Assembly (NCBI GenBank): GCA_963801355.1
Contig: CAWDEM010000008.1
Coordinates: forward strand, 1,696,001-1,760,000
Direction: 5' to 3'
Source of the DNA: Ignavibacteriota bacterium
GTDB lineage: Bacteria; Bacteroidota; Ignavibacteria; UBA10030; UBA6906
DNA length: 64,000 nucleotides
Shown here: in pieces, positions 8,042 to 18,007 of the stretch
Position numbering within the stretch: the stretch's first letter is position 1
Layout: each line of letters begins with the position of its first letter
Translations under genes and position numbers: made by a program
The notes under the pieces: generated by a model
The model's database searches: none
What the model saw: the letters and a program-made list of their open reading frames with translations, nothing else
Told to the model about the DNA's origin: nothing

Positions 8042-11000
8042 CTATCGTAACACCAACATCTTGCGGGTCTGCAAGAAATCCCCCGCATGCATTCTACAGA
8101 AATACAACCCGCTTGCCATGCCTTTCGCGTTCCATGTCACCTCATAGCTTCCCGCCTCTTTTCTTTCATCCACCAGCACTGCCACCTCGCACCCCAGAAG
8201 GTTGTAGACGCTGAGTTTCACTGTACGGGTTCCGTGTCCCGGGTTCTGTAGCCCGAAACCCGCAACCCGAAACCCGATAGTGGTGACCGGATTGAACGGA
8301 TTCGGATAGTTCTGCCCTAGCGCACACGCCGCAGGAACTCCTGCCGGATCTCCTGCCTTCACCGAAGTTACGACAAGCGATGCGATCTCCTGTAACGAAA
8401 GAGCGTAATCATAGATTCGTATCTCGTCGAGCACGCCGTTGAAATTGTAGTTGTTGTCTCCAGGCACGCTCTGCCCGATGGTCAATGCAGATGTCGTCGT
8501 GTTGACCGGACCGGAAAAAGGCGCAAATGCATCAAGCTGTCCGTTGAGATAGAGCTCGAGGTCCGACCCGTTATACCAACCCGTCACGCTGTACGTGCTA
8601 TCCAGTGCGAGTGAGGTCTCTCCATCCAGGTCTTTAATCTGGCCCAGCGAATTTTTCAACGTAAACCGGAGTCTGTTGGTGCCCGGTGAAATGGAAAGTT
8701 TCCAACGGTTTTGCCAGTTCCCATGCGAAATCGGATATTGTTCGCGATTCGTGTAGAACATACCAACGTGCATCCAGATATTCACGGTCATCGCATTCTG
8801 AAAATTTAGACCCGGGTCGTTCGGCACGACAATAGTCCCTGTCGTCCCATCGAATGCATAGGCGCTATTGATATGCCCGGAATGGTCGCTTGTCAGCTGT
8901 GCATTATTGACAGTTCCGTCGTGTCCGTGACCCGTCGCATCATTTGCATTGCCGCTGAATGGGTAGTATGCCACGAGCGACCCCGTCTGGATGACCGACA
9001 GATCCCGCACTTCAAGCCCAACGCTGTCGAGGTCCCAGCCACCAAACCCGTCATCAACGCGGCAACGCACGTAGTAGTTGCCAACCGCGGAAGGCGCCGT
9101 CCATGTCACCGCGCTCCCTGTGCCGCTCAGCGCGCCCGATGCCGAGGACCAGGAGTACCATGCTGTATCGCCGTTCGCATCGCTCGCCAGACACGTGATG
9201 GTTGACACTCCGCCCGGGTTGAGCTTGCGCGGAACCGCGCTGAAACGCTGTATGACGGGCTGAATGTTGACACGCTCAACGACGGTGAGCGTGTCAGTCG
9301 CTGCTGCCTCCCCGCCACGCCCGTCGATGACAGTGCACGTGACCGTACACCGTCCGGGTACTGATGGCGCAGTCCATTCGATCCATGATCCGCTCCCGGC
9401 CAGCGTGCCACCGGATGTGCTCCATCCATAGCTGAGCGTATCTGTGTCTCTGTCCGTTGCCGTGCAGAATATTCTGACCGACTTGGCCACTCCAATGTTT
9501 GTTGAATCCGGTGCAAGGCTCTTGATCCGCGGAGGATGGTTTCCTGTTGTCCCCCCGGATCGATAATCGACAACGACACCGTTAATGAGCGTCTTGTCAA
9601 GATCGTGCGTCATCGATCCTCCCGAAGGTGCTATCACGACCACGACGGCCGCATTGGCCGGAATCCTTACCGTCGCCATGCCGCTCACTCCTTGCCGCAC
9701 GATGGTCTTGGTCACCGTATTGTAGAGGTCGTGTGTCCCTTCTCCAACATCAAGCACAACGGAGGTATCGGAGCCATACGGATTGAAATAGAGGTACGTC
9801 GGATACGCCGCGCCGTGAAAATAGTCCGTCGCGAGCAGATCGAGACGAAGTATCATCGACACGTCTGTCGTGTCGATGAGTCCGGCGAGAATTCCCACAT
9901 GAGATGCGCCATACAGGGCGTAGTTCGTCGGTGCCCAGCCGTTCCGGAGGGCGTCGCCGGTAGCAAACGGACTGATCGTGCCACTCGTCGGGTTAAATTG
10001 ATGCATCGCTTCATAGGCGATAGTCGAATGCGGATCGTACTGATGTCCCCACCCTTCACTGTCCTGATGGTCATCGGGCAAGAAGTCCGTGTAGAATAGT
10101 CGTGCGGCATTTGCTGCATTCAGCATCCACTTCCCAATTGCCCTGGCATACCGGTCATCGTAACGGACGAGCGGAACGAGTGCCCCTGCCTGCTCTACGG
10201 TGTTCATGAAAAATGGATAGTCGTTGCTATGATTGACCTCACCGATCAGCCCGGAACAGTCGTAGCCACCCCATTTCCCTACGGTCACTCCCCATTGCCG
10301 CAATGTCCCGTCACCGTCGGCGAAGCACCAATGAAGCATCTTTGTGAGATCGTACGTGGTTCCGATTTCACCGTTCATACGGGCGGCGATGTACGCACCA
10401 TAGGGAAGCTGGAGCTCATACGACGGGTTGGTCGCATATACGAGAAGTGACTCCAGCGCGATTTCTGCGCCGATCCTATACCGCGCATTGCCGGTCTTCA
10501 CATATGCCTGATACAGTATCCACGCGATGGCTCCCGCCGCCTCCGGTTCCACGACCCCGTTGTTGTTAGGAGTCATCGTTGAGAGATCAAAAGCTCGGTG
10601 ATGCACGTTGGCCAAACTCCAGGGAGCCGTGGTGCCACCCATCGCATTGATCGCTGCCAACCAGCGATCTGCAACCGCGACGAACTGATCCGGGAAATCG
10701 GCGGTTGACGGGTACAGGGAGTGGAGCTGGTAGAAGAAGACGTTTGGCATCGTTTCGTACCACCAATCATCTCCCGTCGAGGCACTTGCAGAATTCAGAT
10801 AGACGTTCTGTCCGTTCGCTTTGTTGAACCATTCGCGGCACATGAGGACCCAGTTGACGCCGTTCTGATTGCTTTTGTCGATACCGGCGAGGCTCGCTCC
10901 CACGACCGCAGGGATGCAGTTGATCCCCTCACCGCGTCCCAGTGTGCCACCAACATACGATTGGAGCCCGAAGCTTGTCTGTCCGGGATAGTTCACCGTC

Positions 11001-11236
11001 GCGGTATAGGTCTTCGAGAGAGGCAGATATTGCCCCATCGCCGTGACATCGAACACCAGCGAATCATATCCCCGGGCCGCGCCCTTCCAATCCCTCATGA
11101 TATACGGAGAGGGGATATTCGGCATGAGCTCAATTCTCCCGATGGCAATCTGCTGGGCTGACACTGTTGCGGCGGCAAGGCACACCGCCGCTACTGAAGC
11201 AACAATGCAGCCCCCTGAAAGATGACGGTTCTTCAT
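8042..11236 (-). CDS. T9SS-secreted multidomain protein: unassigned ~550-aa N-terminal domain, two Ig/PKD-like repeats, LamG-like jellyroll, CTD
   Basis: Signal peptide; two CTATD/CLASD...YxWSxSxGxLxGxG...WTAP Ig repeats; LVAYYPFSGNAND...FNGVLDEIRIYDYALS (LamG_3); LGQNYPNPFNP...SGLYFCRM...RKMLVLR. Confidence 0.85.
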   Translation of the reverse strand: MKNRHLSGGCIVASVAAVCLAAATVSAQQIAIGRIELMPNIPSPYIMRDWKGAARGYDSLVFDVTAMGQYLPLSKTYTATVNYPGQTSFGLQSYVGGTLGRGEGINCIPAVVGASLAGIDKSNQNGVNWVLMCREWFNKANGQNVYLNSASASTGDDWWYETMPNVFFYQLHSLYPSTADFPDQFVAVADRWLAAINAMGGTTAPWSLANVHHRAFDLSTMTPNNNGVVEPEAAGAIAWILYQAYVKTGNARYRIGAEIALESLLVYATNPSYELQLPYGAYIAARMNGEIGTTYDLTKMLHWCFADGDGTLRQWGVTVGKWGGYDCSGLIGEVNHSNDYPFFMNTVEQAGALVPLVRYDDRYARAIGKWMLNAANAARLFYTDFLPDDHQDSEGWGHQYDPHSTIAYEAMHQFNPTSGTISPFATGDALRNGWAPTNYALYGASHVGILAGLIDTTDVSMILRLDLLATDYFHGAAYPTYLYFNPYGSDTSVVLDVGEGTHDLYNTVTKTIVRQGVSGMATVRIPANAAVVVVIAPSGGSMTHDLDKTLINGVVVDYRSGGTTGNHPPRIKSLAPDSTNIGVAKSVRIFCTATDRDTDTLSYGWSTSGGTLAGSGSWIEWTAPSVPGRCTVTCTVIDGRGGEAAATDTLTVVERVNIQPVIQRFSAVPRKLNPGGVSTITCLASDANGDTAWYSWSSASGALSGTGSAVTWTAPSAVGNYYVRCRVDDGFGGWDLDSVGLEVRDLSVIQTGSLVAYYPFSGNANDATGHGHDGTVNNAQLTSDHSGHINSAYAFDGTTGTIVVPNDPGLNFQNAMTVNIWMHVGMFYTNREQYPISHGNWQNRWKLSISPGTNRLRFTLKNSLGQIKDLDGETSLALDSTYSVTGWYNGSDLELYLNGQLDAFAPFSGPVNTTTSALTIGQSVPGDNNYNFNGVLDEIRIYDYALSLQEIASLVVTSVKAGDPAGVPAACALGQNYPNPFNPVTTIGFRVAGFGLQNPGHGTRTVKLSVYNLLGCEVAVLVDERKEAGSYEVTWNAKGMASGLYFCRMHAGDFLQTRKMLVLR
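8226..8279. repeat. Degenerate heptamer repeats (CCCGAAA/CCCGCAA/CCCGAAA/CCCGATA plus opposite-sense CGGGTT units) inside the T9SS CTD coding region
   Basis: Read directly: cccgaaa cccgcaa cccgaaa cccgata at 8252-8279, and cgggtt at 8226 and 8240. Confidence 0.6.
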
Positions 11237-12714
11237 TTGAATCGACCCTGATAGCTCTTGCTCGCTTCGCCTTCAAACACATGCAGTGTACCATCCTGCA
11301 CACCGATCGCAACGGTGACTTCATCACCTTTGCCGTTCCGGAAGAGGGCCGAGTGTTCACGACCGTCTCTCCGAGAGGAAATCTTTTTATAATGGAGGAA
11401 CGCCCGTGCGGACGGGTAATGTTCGATTTCCATCACCGTGTAGAGCGCTTCTACGGTCGACTCGGCTCCGGAATTCTTGTTAATGGAGAGAGAATCGCGA
11501 ATGCCGTCGAAACATCGCCCGGTTGTCGGATCGTACAGTGCCTGATCCAGAACATTGTTGCCAAACAACCAGGAAGCGGCAAGTCCGGCCATGACCAGGA
11601 AGTCACTCCTCCCGGTCGCCTCGTGCAGGCGCAAGAGTCCGACCGCCATCGGCCTGACCGCATAGGCAATCTGTTCGTACCGCAGCGGGGGGTCTGCTGA
11701 AGCAAGATCCCTCTCTTTCATAAACCCGTCGACGAGCAGGCGCGCATAGAAACCGGTCGCTTCCCGTTCGGCCGAACCGATGAACTCATTATTGCCAAGG
11801 ATCTTCCCTGCGGCGGCAAGCGCTTGTGTCTGTGCGTTGCCCCACATGTGCCACCGGGTTTCCCACGATCGATGGAGTCCGTACGGAGACTGTTGGGGAG
11901 TCCCGCTTTGCATCCGCATGATGCCGTCTGCAAGTTTGTCGATCATGGACTTGAGTCCGGTGTCCGGCAGAGCCGCATAGAGGTCGACGAGACCGAGCAG
12001 CAACTCCGAAGTTACATCCGCTCCTGAGTCATAGGGGAGCCACCTCGGCACCAGGAATCCGGAGACTGTGTCACATTCCCCGTACCGCACGAGGAGATCC
12101 CGCACCCGGGGGAGCGACCTGTCCACCGCGCGTTTGACCGATCCGGCAAACTCCGGATCAGCTTCTGCAAAGACGCGGTATCCTGTCCCGAGCGACCAGA
12201 CACCCCGTGATCCCCACCAGCCGAATGATTTCAGACTCGTCCGGCCCGTTGTGTTGATCGAATGATCCTTGTAAATGAAATTGTAGAATTCTCCGTCATC
12301 CGTTTGCATCATCATCACGAATCGCAGCAACGCCTTCGCCCGGTCAAGACTTCTCAGGTCTCCTGCAAGTTCATAGTGACGCATGTAGACAACGGCAGCC
12401 CTCGCTGCATCGTCGACGCACGCAACCCCCTCTGTGCCGGCGTCGGCAGCCTCCAGCCAGCGATAGTCCGGATAGTTTGCGTACACATGGACAATGTCAA
12501 CACGTTGCCCGTTCAGAGAAATCGTTTCCGTCAAATGCTGAAGATGGCTGAAGTTGACAAGCGACGGCTGTGCACAGGCTAGATTGAGAAGGGCGAGTGC
12601 TGACAGAAGCATCCACCCCAGCGGAATGGCAGTCTGGTGTGCGGGATCACTATTCCCGGGTTGGTCCTCCAAGCACATGGTCCCATCGTCTGGCTTCATC
12701 AATACATTCCCCAC
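11233..12714 (-). CDS. Exported putative (alpha/alpha)-barrel glycosidase-like protein; start may be 12699 or 12612
   Basis: CVDDAARAAVVY, DGEFYNF, WLFGNN, YDPTTGRCFDG and NKNSGAESTVEAL resemble the C-terminal domain of GT4 fusion proteins often encoded beside GH130 genes. Hydrophobic segment ends LNLAC (possible lipobox). Confidence 0.7.
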   Translation of the reverse strand: MGNVLMKPDDGTMCLEDQPGNSDPAHQTAIPLGWMLLSALALLNLACAQPSLVNFSHLQHLTETISLNGQRVDIVHVYANYPDYRWLEAADAGTEGVACVDDAARAAVVYMRHYELAGDLRSLDRAKALLRFVMMMQTDDGEFYNFIYKDHSINTTGRTSLKSFGWWGSRGVWSLGTGYRVFAEADPEFAGSVKRAVDRSLPRVRDLLVRYGECDTVSGFLVPRWLPYDSGADVTSELLLGLVDLYAALPDTGLKSMIDKLADGIMRMQSGTPQQSPYGLHRSWETRWHMWGNAQTQALAAAGKILGNNEFIGSAEREATGFYARLLVDGFMKERDLASADPPLRYEQIAYAVRPMAVGLLRLHEATGRSDFLVMAGLAASWLFGNNVLDQALYDPTTGRCFDGIRDSLSINKNSGAESTVEALYTVMEIEHYPSARAFLHYKKISSRRDGREHSALFRNGKGDEVTVAIGVQDGTLHVFEGEASKSYQGRFK

Positions 12715-12752
12715 TTGGGGGTGACCCCTTCTTCAGGTTTTGAATTCTGAAC

Positions 12753-13772
12753 TCAGAATTCTGCGTTCGGTTTTATGATGCTCTTGAGCGTCCTCCCCTC
12801 CCTCAACGCGGCAAATGCTTCATCTACCCCGTCAAGGGGAAATTCCTGAATCATGAGCTCATTGGTGCGTACGGTGCCCGCATGGAGGAGCGCCGCCGCC
12901 CGGGTAAAAGTATACGGGTTCACGTAGGAACCGACGATGGTGAGCTCATTGAAGTAGATCTGATGAGGCTCTACGGGAATCGAGACGCCGATCGGACAAA
13001 CACCAAAGAACTCCACAACCCCGCCACGCCTTGCCAGATGAAGGCTCGACTGCATCGTGGCCGGCTTCCCGACGCATTCTATCACTACATCCGCACCGAC
13101 TGCAGTGTGTTCATAGACCACCGCGGCGACATCCGCCGAGGATGGATCAACCACCAGATCCGCCCCGAGCTTCCGGGCAATTGCGCGCTTGTGCTCCAGC
13201 GGTTCAACCAATATCGTGACCGCTGCACCAGCGTTCTTCACCAGCTGGAGCATGATGAGCCCGACTGTACCTCCGCCCACAATGACGACGGAATCGCCGG
13301 CTTTGATGCCGGCCTTATCAAGACCATGTACCGCACACGACAGCGGCTCAATGAAGGCCCCATTCTCGGGTGCCATCCCGGACGGGAGGAAATGCAATTG
13401 CTCCCGCGGAACGATACAGAATTCAGCCATACCGCCGTCAATATCAACCCCGAGTGCCCGCAGACCGGCACAGAGATGAACAAGGCCGCGCCTGCAGTAG
13501 AAGCACGTGCCACAAGCAATATTGGGGTCGACTGCCACCCGGGATCCCCCGGGGATCCCCACCACGCTCCCCGGGTCCTCGACAACTCCGGAAAACTCAT
13601 GCCCGAGAACCACCGGCGGCGCTGAGCGGGAAGTCCCATCGACAATATGCAGATCGGTCCCGCATATGCCGCACGCCGCGACACGGACAAGGACTTCGTT
13701 TTCTTTCAACCGGCGCAGCTCTTTCTGGACAACTGACAATACGCCCGGTTTCTCAAACAATGCCGCTTTCAT
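12753..13772 (-). CDS. Zinc-dependent medium-chain dehydrogenase, polyol (sorbitol/mannitol/threonine DH-like) type
   Basis: CGICGTD, GHEFSG, structural Zn motif CGTCFYCRRGLVHLC, EPLSC and GGGTVG. Confidence 0.9.
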   Translation of the reverse strand: MKAALFEKPGVLSVVQKELRRLKENEVLVRVAACGICGTDLHIVDGTSRSAPPVVLGHEFSGVVEDPGSVVGIPGGSRVAVDPNIACGTCFYCRRGLVHLCAGLRALGVDIDGGMAEFCIVPREQLHFLPSGMAPENGAFIEPLSCAVHGLDKAGIKAGDSVVIVGGGTVGLIMLQLVKNAGAAVTILVEPLEHKRAIARKLGADLVVDPSSADVAAVVYEHTAVGADVVIECVGKPATMQSSLHLARRGGVVEFFGVCPIGVSIPVEPHQIYFNELTIVGSYVNPYTFTRAAALLHAGTVRTNELMIQEFPLDGVDEAFAALREGRTLKSIIKPNAEF

Positions 13773-13778
13773 GATCTC

Positions 13779-16278
13779 TCAGAGTGTTATGGTGATTTTC
13801 TGCGCGCCCTCGGTACCGGTGAACCTGAGCATCAGCGAGAGCCCTCCCTCCGGGTCTTGTCCGATTGTGAAGCTCTTCACCTCCTTGCCATCCACGCTCA
13901 CCTTCCGAATCCGCGCCGGCACTCTGACGGTCGCATTTCCATGGTGCCCTTGGTAGGACAGCACAATGAGCCGCAATGTGCGCTTCCCCGCATCGTAGTT
14001 CGCGGAACGGAGTTGGGCATTGATCTCGGCAAGATACGGTTGTTGAGGATTTCCCAGTGTCACAGTCCAGTTCCTGGTATCCTGCGCATCAAGCGGAATA
14101 ACCAGCGATGGAATTTCCTTTCCGTCTGCGGTGAAGCTGCGCAGCCCATTGCCTTTCCCCAAGATGCGTATGTGCTTGCGGCCCCAGAACTCAAGCGTGC
14201 ACCTGGTGGTGTCGACAGCGGCGGGAAGCGCCCCGGAGAAAGCGATGTTCCACTCATTCTCCTGTATCCCCAGCACTCGATACCCGGCAAGAAGGCTGAA
14301 CCCGGCAGCCCAGAGGAATGATGGTTTGTCGATCTCCCCATAGCGAGGCGAAGCAGGATTGCTATACCTGTACTCGTAAAACGCCGGTTGGCCCATCGGA
14401 CTGTGCGCTATGCCGTCAAGTGTCATTGTCGACCGGTAGAAGGCGTACGCATCGTCAATGCGTCCGGTAGCGCTCAATGCCATGGCATACCATGCGTTAT
14501 TGTGAGGCCACACGCCGCCATTGATGTACCGGTAGGGATCTCCTGCTTCATTCCCGGCAAAGTGAAAGTAGGCCTTCAGGGAGTCGGTATGAAAGTCCGG
14601 CGGCATGACGGCACGGATTCCCAATCCTTCCGCGAAGAGCTGTTTCGCGGCGGTCCGGACGAGCCGGCCGGCCCGGGCGGTGTCCAGCGATCCAAAGACC
14701 GCTGCCAGCAACGACCCCATATACATGTGCGGATCCAGTTTCGTTCCGTTGAAATTCATGAGATACCCCGCCTGCTCATCCCAGAGTCGCCTTCGCAGGC
14801 TTCCGCTCATTCTCAACGCTATGTCATCACAGTGCTTGAATTCGGACCGAGGTTTGTGCAGGAAGGCGCTGATGAATGTGAATTCGCGGAGTGCCCTGAT
14901 CACCAGAATCGTCATATATGCCCGCGGCCCCTCGTTATTCCCGATGTCCCACCAATCGGGGGCGCGGGCATACATCAACCCGTCGTCCTTGAGCCTGCGG
15001 AGTGACTCGCTCACGCTCTTGAAAAGAAGAGGATAGATCCGCTGGCCCAATGCGGTGTCGCCCGTGTGGCGCATGTAGCTTCCCGCAGCCAGAATGAACC
15101 AGAGATGATTCCAGTTGTCAGGTCCGCAGTACTCCGTCTTGAAGCCATCATCTCTCCAGTAGTAGGCGTGGGGGATGACGCTGTCCTTTGCCAGCCCCGT
15201 GATATACGACAGATCCCGGTGAACGCGGACGGGGTCAAATGCGGATGCTGCGAGATCCGTCAGCAGCATATCGTGAGTAAAGAAGAAATTGTACTCGGCC
15301 GGACATGGCATGGGAACAACCCGTCCGTCCAGATAATGGGCGTTCGCCGAAAGAATTGCGTTTGCCCAGGAGACCGTCCTGTCCACCCATGGATCCCCCG
15401 TCTGCAACACTGCACCGTTCGCGGCCCGGTCTCTGATGAAGCGATCGTAGGCTGCAACATCGCCGGCCCACGTGGCCTGCAACCGCCGGATTACTGCCCC
15501 GGCCTCACTGTTCTTGCAGGTACCAATGAGAAGCACGATAGACATGGAGTCGCGGCTGCTCAAGCTCCCTTCGATATTTGAAACCACACAATTTCGTCGT
15601 CGCCGCGCTGCTGTCATCCATCACAGGACTGCCGGATTCTTCTCCGACATTACAGACAAACAGGCTTGTGCCCGCAGTCTGCGGCTCGGAAAAACGAGCG
15701 ATGGTTGCCGCGCCGGCAGTATCACAGATCATTACCGGGTTGTCGAATCGCGCATAGGTCTGGCAGGAACGCAGCACGGCACTCAGATGGATGGATGGAG
15801 CTATCAATTTCCGCACGGGCATGCGGTTCATCACGGTGAGGCGAAAAATCATCACGGGTTCACGCAGTCCAAATTCATAGTAAATCGTGCATGCAAGACT
15901 GTCGTCCTCCCGGCGGAACGTCACCTTGTGCGGGCTTAACGAATATTCCCACGGTTCTTCGCCGATCGCCCGTGCACCTTGCTTATCGATCTCAATATCG
16001 ATCCCGAGCGGGTGTGAATCCGCCCGTTTCCAGTAGTCGGTGCTGAGATCGATGCTGTTGGCAACAGGGTAGAAGAAACTGATGCGAGAAGGGAGCGGCA
16101 GGCTGTTGTGGAACTCGGCACCGGCGTATGGCCCACCCACTTCTACTTGTCCATACCGGCCTGCGAACCGGTATGCGAGCGGATCCGCACTCCAACCATC
16201 CTGCGCGCTCGAAGTGGCCGCAAGTACGATACAGGAACATAAGAGGAGGATTTGTCGATTCACAACCACCATTCCCAT
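13779..16278 (-). CDS. Exported six-hairpin glycosidase-like protein (GDE_C/GH63/GH94-like C-terminal barrel), split by one +1 frameshift near 15555
   Basis: ORF 15505-16278 (signal peptide) and ORF 13779-15617 overlap in different frames. The span is 2500 nt = 3n+1. C-terminal FFTHDM, PDWWD and YINGGVWPHNNAWYAMAL fit an (alpha/alpha)6 barrel. Confidence 0.7.
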
Positions 16279-16306
16279 AATGTGAGGGCATTCATCGTGC
16301 GACAGT

Positions 16307-17116
16307 CTATCCCTTCATTCCCGTTGACGCCATGCTTTCGATGAAATATCGTTGGAAAAACGTATACGCAATGATCACCGGCAGCGCAAGAAGCGTCGCC
16401 GCCGCAAGCAGATACCCGAGCTGCGACTCGGCTTCGCCGCCGGTGGAAAAGAGTGCGACGATCTGGGGCATCGTCATCAACGACCGTTCGCGTACCACCA
16501 TCATGGGCCATAGCACTTCGTTCCAGTTCGTCATGAACGTCAGCAGCGCCACGGTGATGATCACGGGACGCGACAGCGGGTAAATGATGCGGAACAGAAT
16601 GGTGAGCTCGGAACAACCGTCGATGCGCGCGGCATCGATCAGTGCCTGCGGAATCGACAGGAAGAACTGGCGGAAGAGCACGATCCCGAAGGCACTAATC
16701 ATCGTCGGCGCTATCAACGAGAGGTACGTATCGGTCCACCCGAGCTTCACCATGAGGATATACTGAGGTATCAACACGATCTGGAACGGTATCATCATTG
16801 TGAAGAGGATCAGCACGTACAAACCCCGACTCCCCGCAAACCGGAGCCGCGAGAGCGCGTAGCCGACCATGGAGCCGAGAATGACCACGGTCGCTGTACA
16901 GGATGCAGAGACGATCAGACTGTTCAGGAGAGCCCGCAGGATCGGGATCTTGACCAACACTTTCTCGTAATTGATCAAGGAAAATGCGTTCGACCAGAGA
17001 TCGAGCCTGCCTATCTCTGATTCGGGCTTGAGAGAACTCGTGAACATCCAGAGGAACGGATAGGCAAACAGGACCGCGCCGGCCGTGAGGGCGATGTACT
17101 TCAGCAGACTTTTCAT
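16307..17116 (-). CDS. Carbohydrate ABC transporter permease (MalG-like)
   Basis: Six TM segments; EAA loop IPQALIDAARIDGCS; WNEVLWP. Confidence 0.93.
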   Translation of the reverse strand: MKSLLKYIALTAGAVLFAYPFLWMFTSSLKPESEIGRLDLWSNAFSLINYEKVLVKIPILRALLNSLIVSASCTATVVILGSMVGYALSRLRFAGSRGLYVLILFTMMIPFQIVLIPQYILMVKLGWTDTYLSLIAPTMISAFGIVLFRQFFLSIPQALIDAARIDGCSELTILFRIIYPLSRPVIITVALLTFMTNWNEVLWPMMVVRERSLMTMPQIVALFSTGGEAESQLGYLLAAATLLALPVIIAYTFFQRYFIESMASTGMKG

Positions 17117-18007
17117 GCCGAGACGTCCCTTTCGATGACCTTTCGCTGGATCGACACGACCAGGAATATCGCTGCGGCATACACAAATCCAAGCGTCGCT
17201 GCATACCCCATGTGGCCGAAGTAGAACGCCTGATTGTAGATGTAGAGCATCCCCGACAGCGTGCTCTGCATCGGTCCGCCGCCGGTGAGCACATACGGCT
17301 CAATGAACAGCGAAAAGCCGCCGATCGTTGACAGCACCACGATGATGATGATCGTCGGATTGAGCATGGGAAGGGTGATGTGGAGAAACTGGCGATACGT
17401 CGTCGCGCCGTCGATCCGCGCCGCTTCGTACAGCTCTCTCGGTATGCCCTGCAGACCGGCCAGGAACAGTACGATGTAGATGCCGACGTTCTTCCAGGTC
17501 GCCATGACGGCAATCGACGGCATGGCGATCCTGGCGTCAATCAGCCACGGAACACGTCCCAGGCCGATCGATTGCAGGAGCGAATTCAGGACGCCGAAAT
17601 CAAACGAGAAGAGCTGTTGCCACAGAATCGTCACCGCCACGCCCGAGACGACCACAGGCAGGAAATAGATTCCCCGGAAAAATCCCCTCCCCCGCATCCG
17701 CGTGTTGAGGAGCAGGGCAAAACCCAGCGCGGCAACAATCTGGAGGGGAATGTGGATGACCAGGAATGTGAGCGTGTTGAGAAGAGACTTGAAAAACAGA
17801 GGATCCTGAATGAGCCGGGTAAAGTTCTTCGCTCCGACCCATTCCATGGGACTGACAAGATTCCAGCGATGGAACATCAGGATGAACGAGAAGACGAGCG
17901 GATATGCAACAAAGGCAAGAAAGAAAATAACGTACGGAAGCACAAAGATATACCCGTTGATATCGCTTCGCCGAATCGCCGCCAGTCAACGCAGTGCGTC
18001 GGTTCAT
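17113..18007 (-). CDS. Carbohydrate ABC transporter permease (MalF/UgpA-like), with a +1 frameshift near 17960-17986
   Basis: LAGLQGIPRELYEAARIDGA and FLHITLPML. ATG 18007 overlaps the upstream stop (ATGA). The span is 895 nt = 3n+1; the corrected N-terminus reads MNRRTALT..AAIRRSDINGYIFVLPY. Confidence 0.88.

Noticed and set aside
12742-12761. Palindrome GAATTCTGA-AC-TCAGAATTC over the dehydrogenase stop codon
   Set aside because: The 2-nt loop and AT-rich stem make a terminator unlikely, and it does not resemble the LacI operator; no function can be supported.
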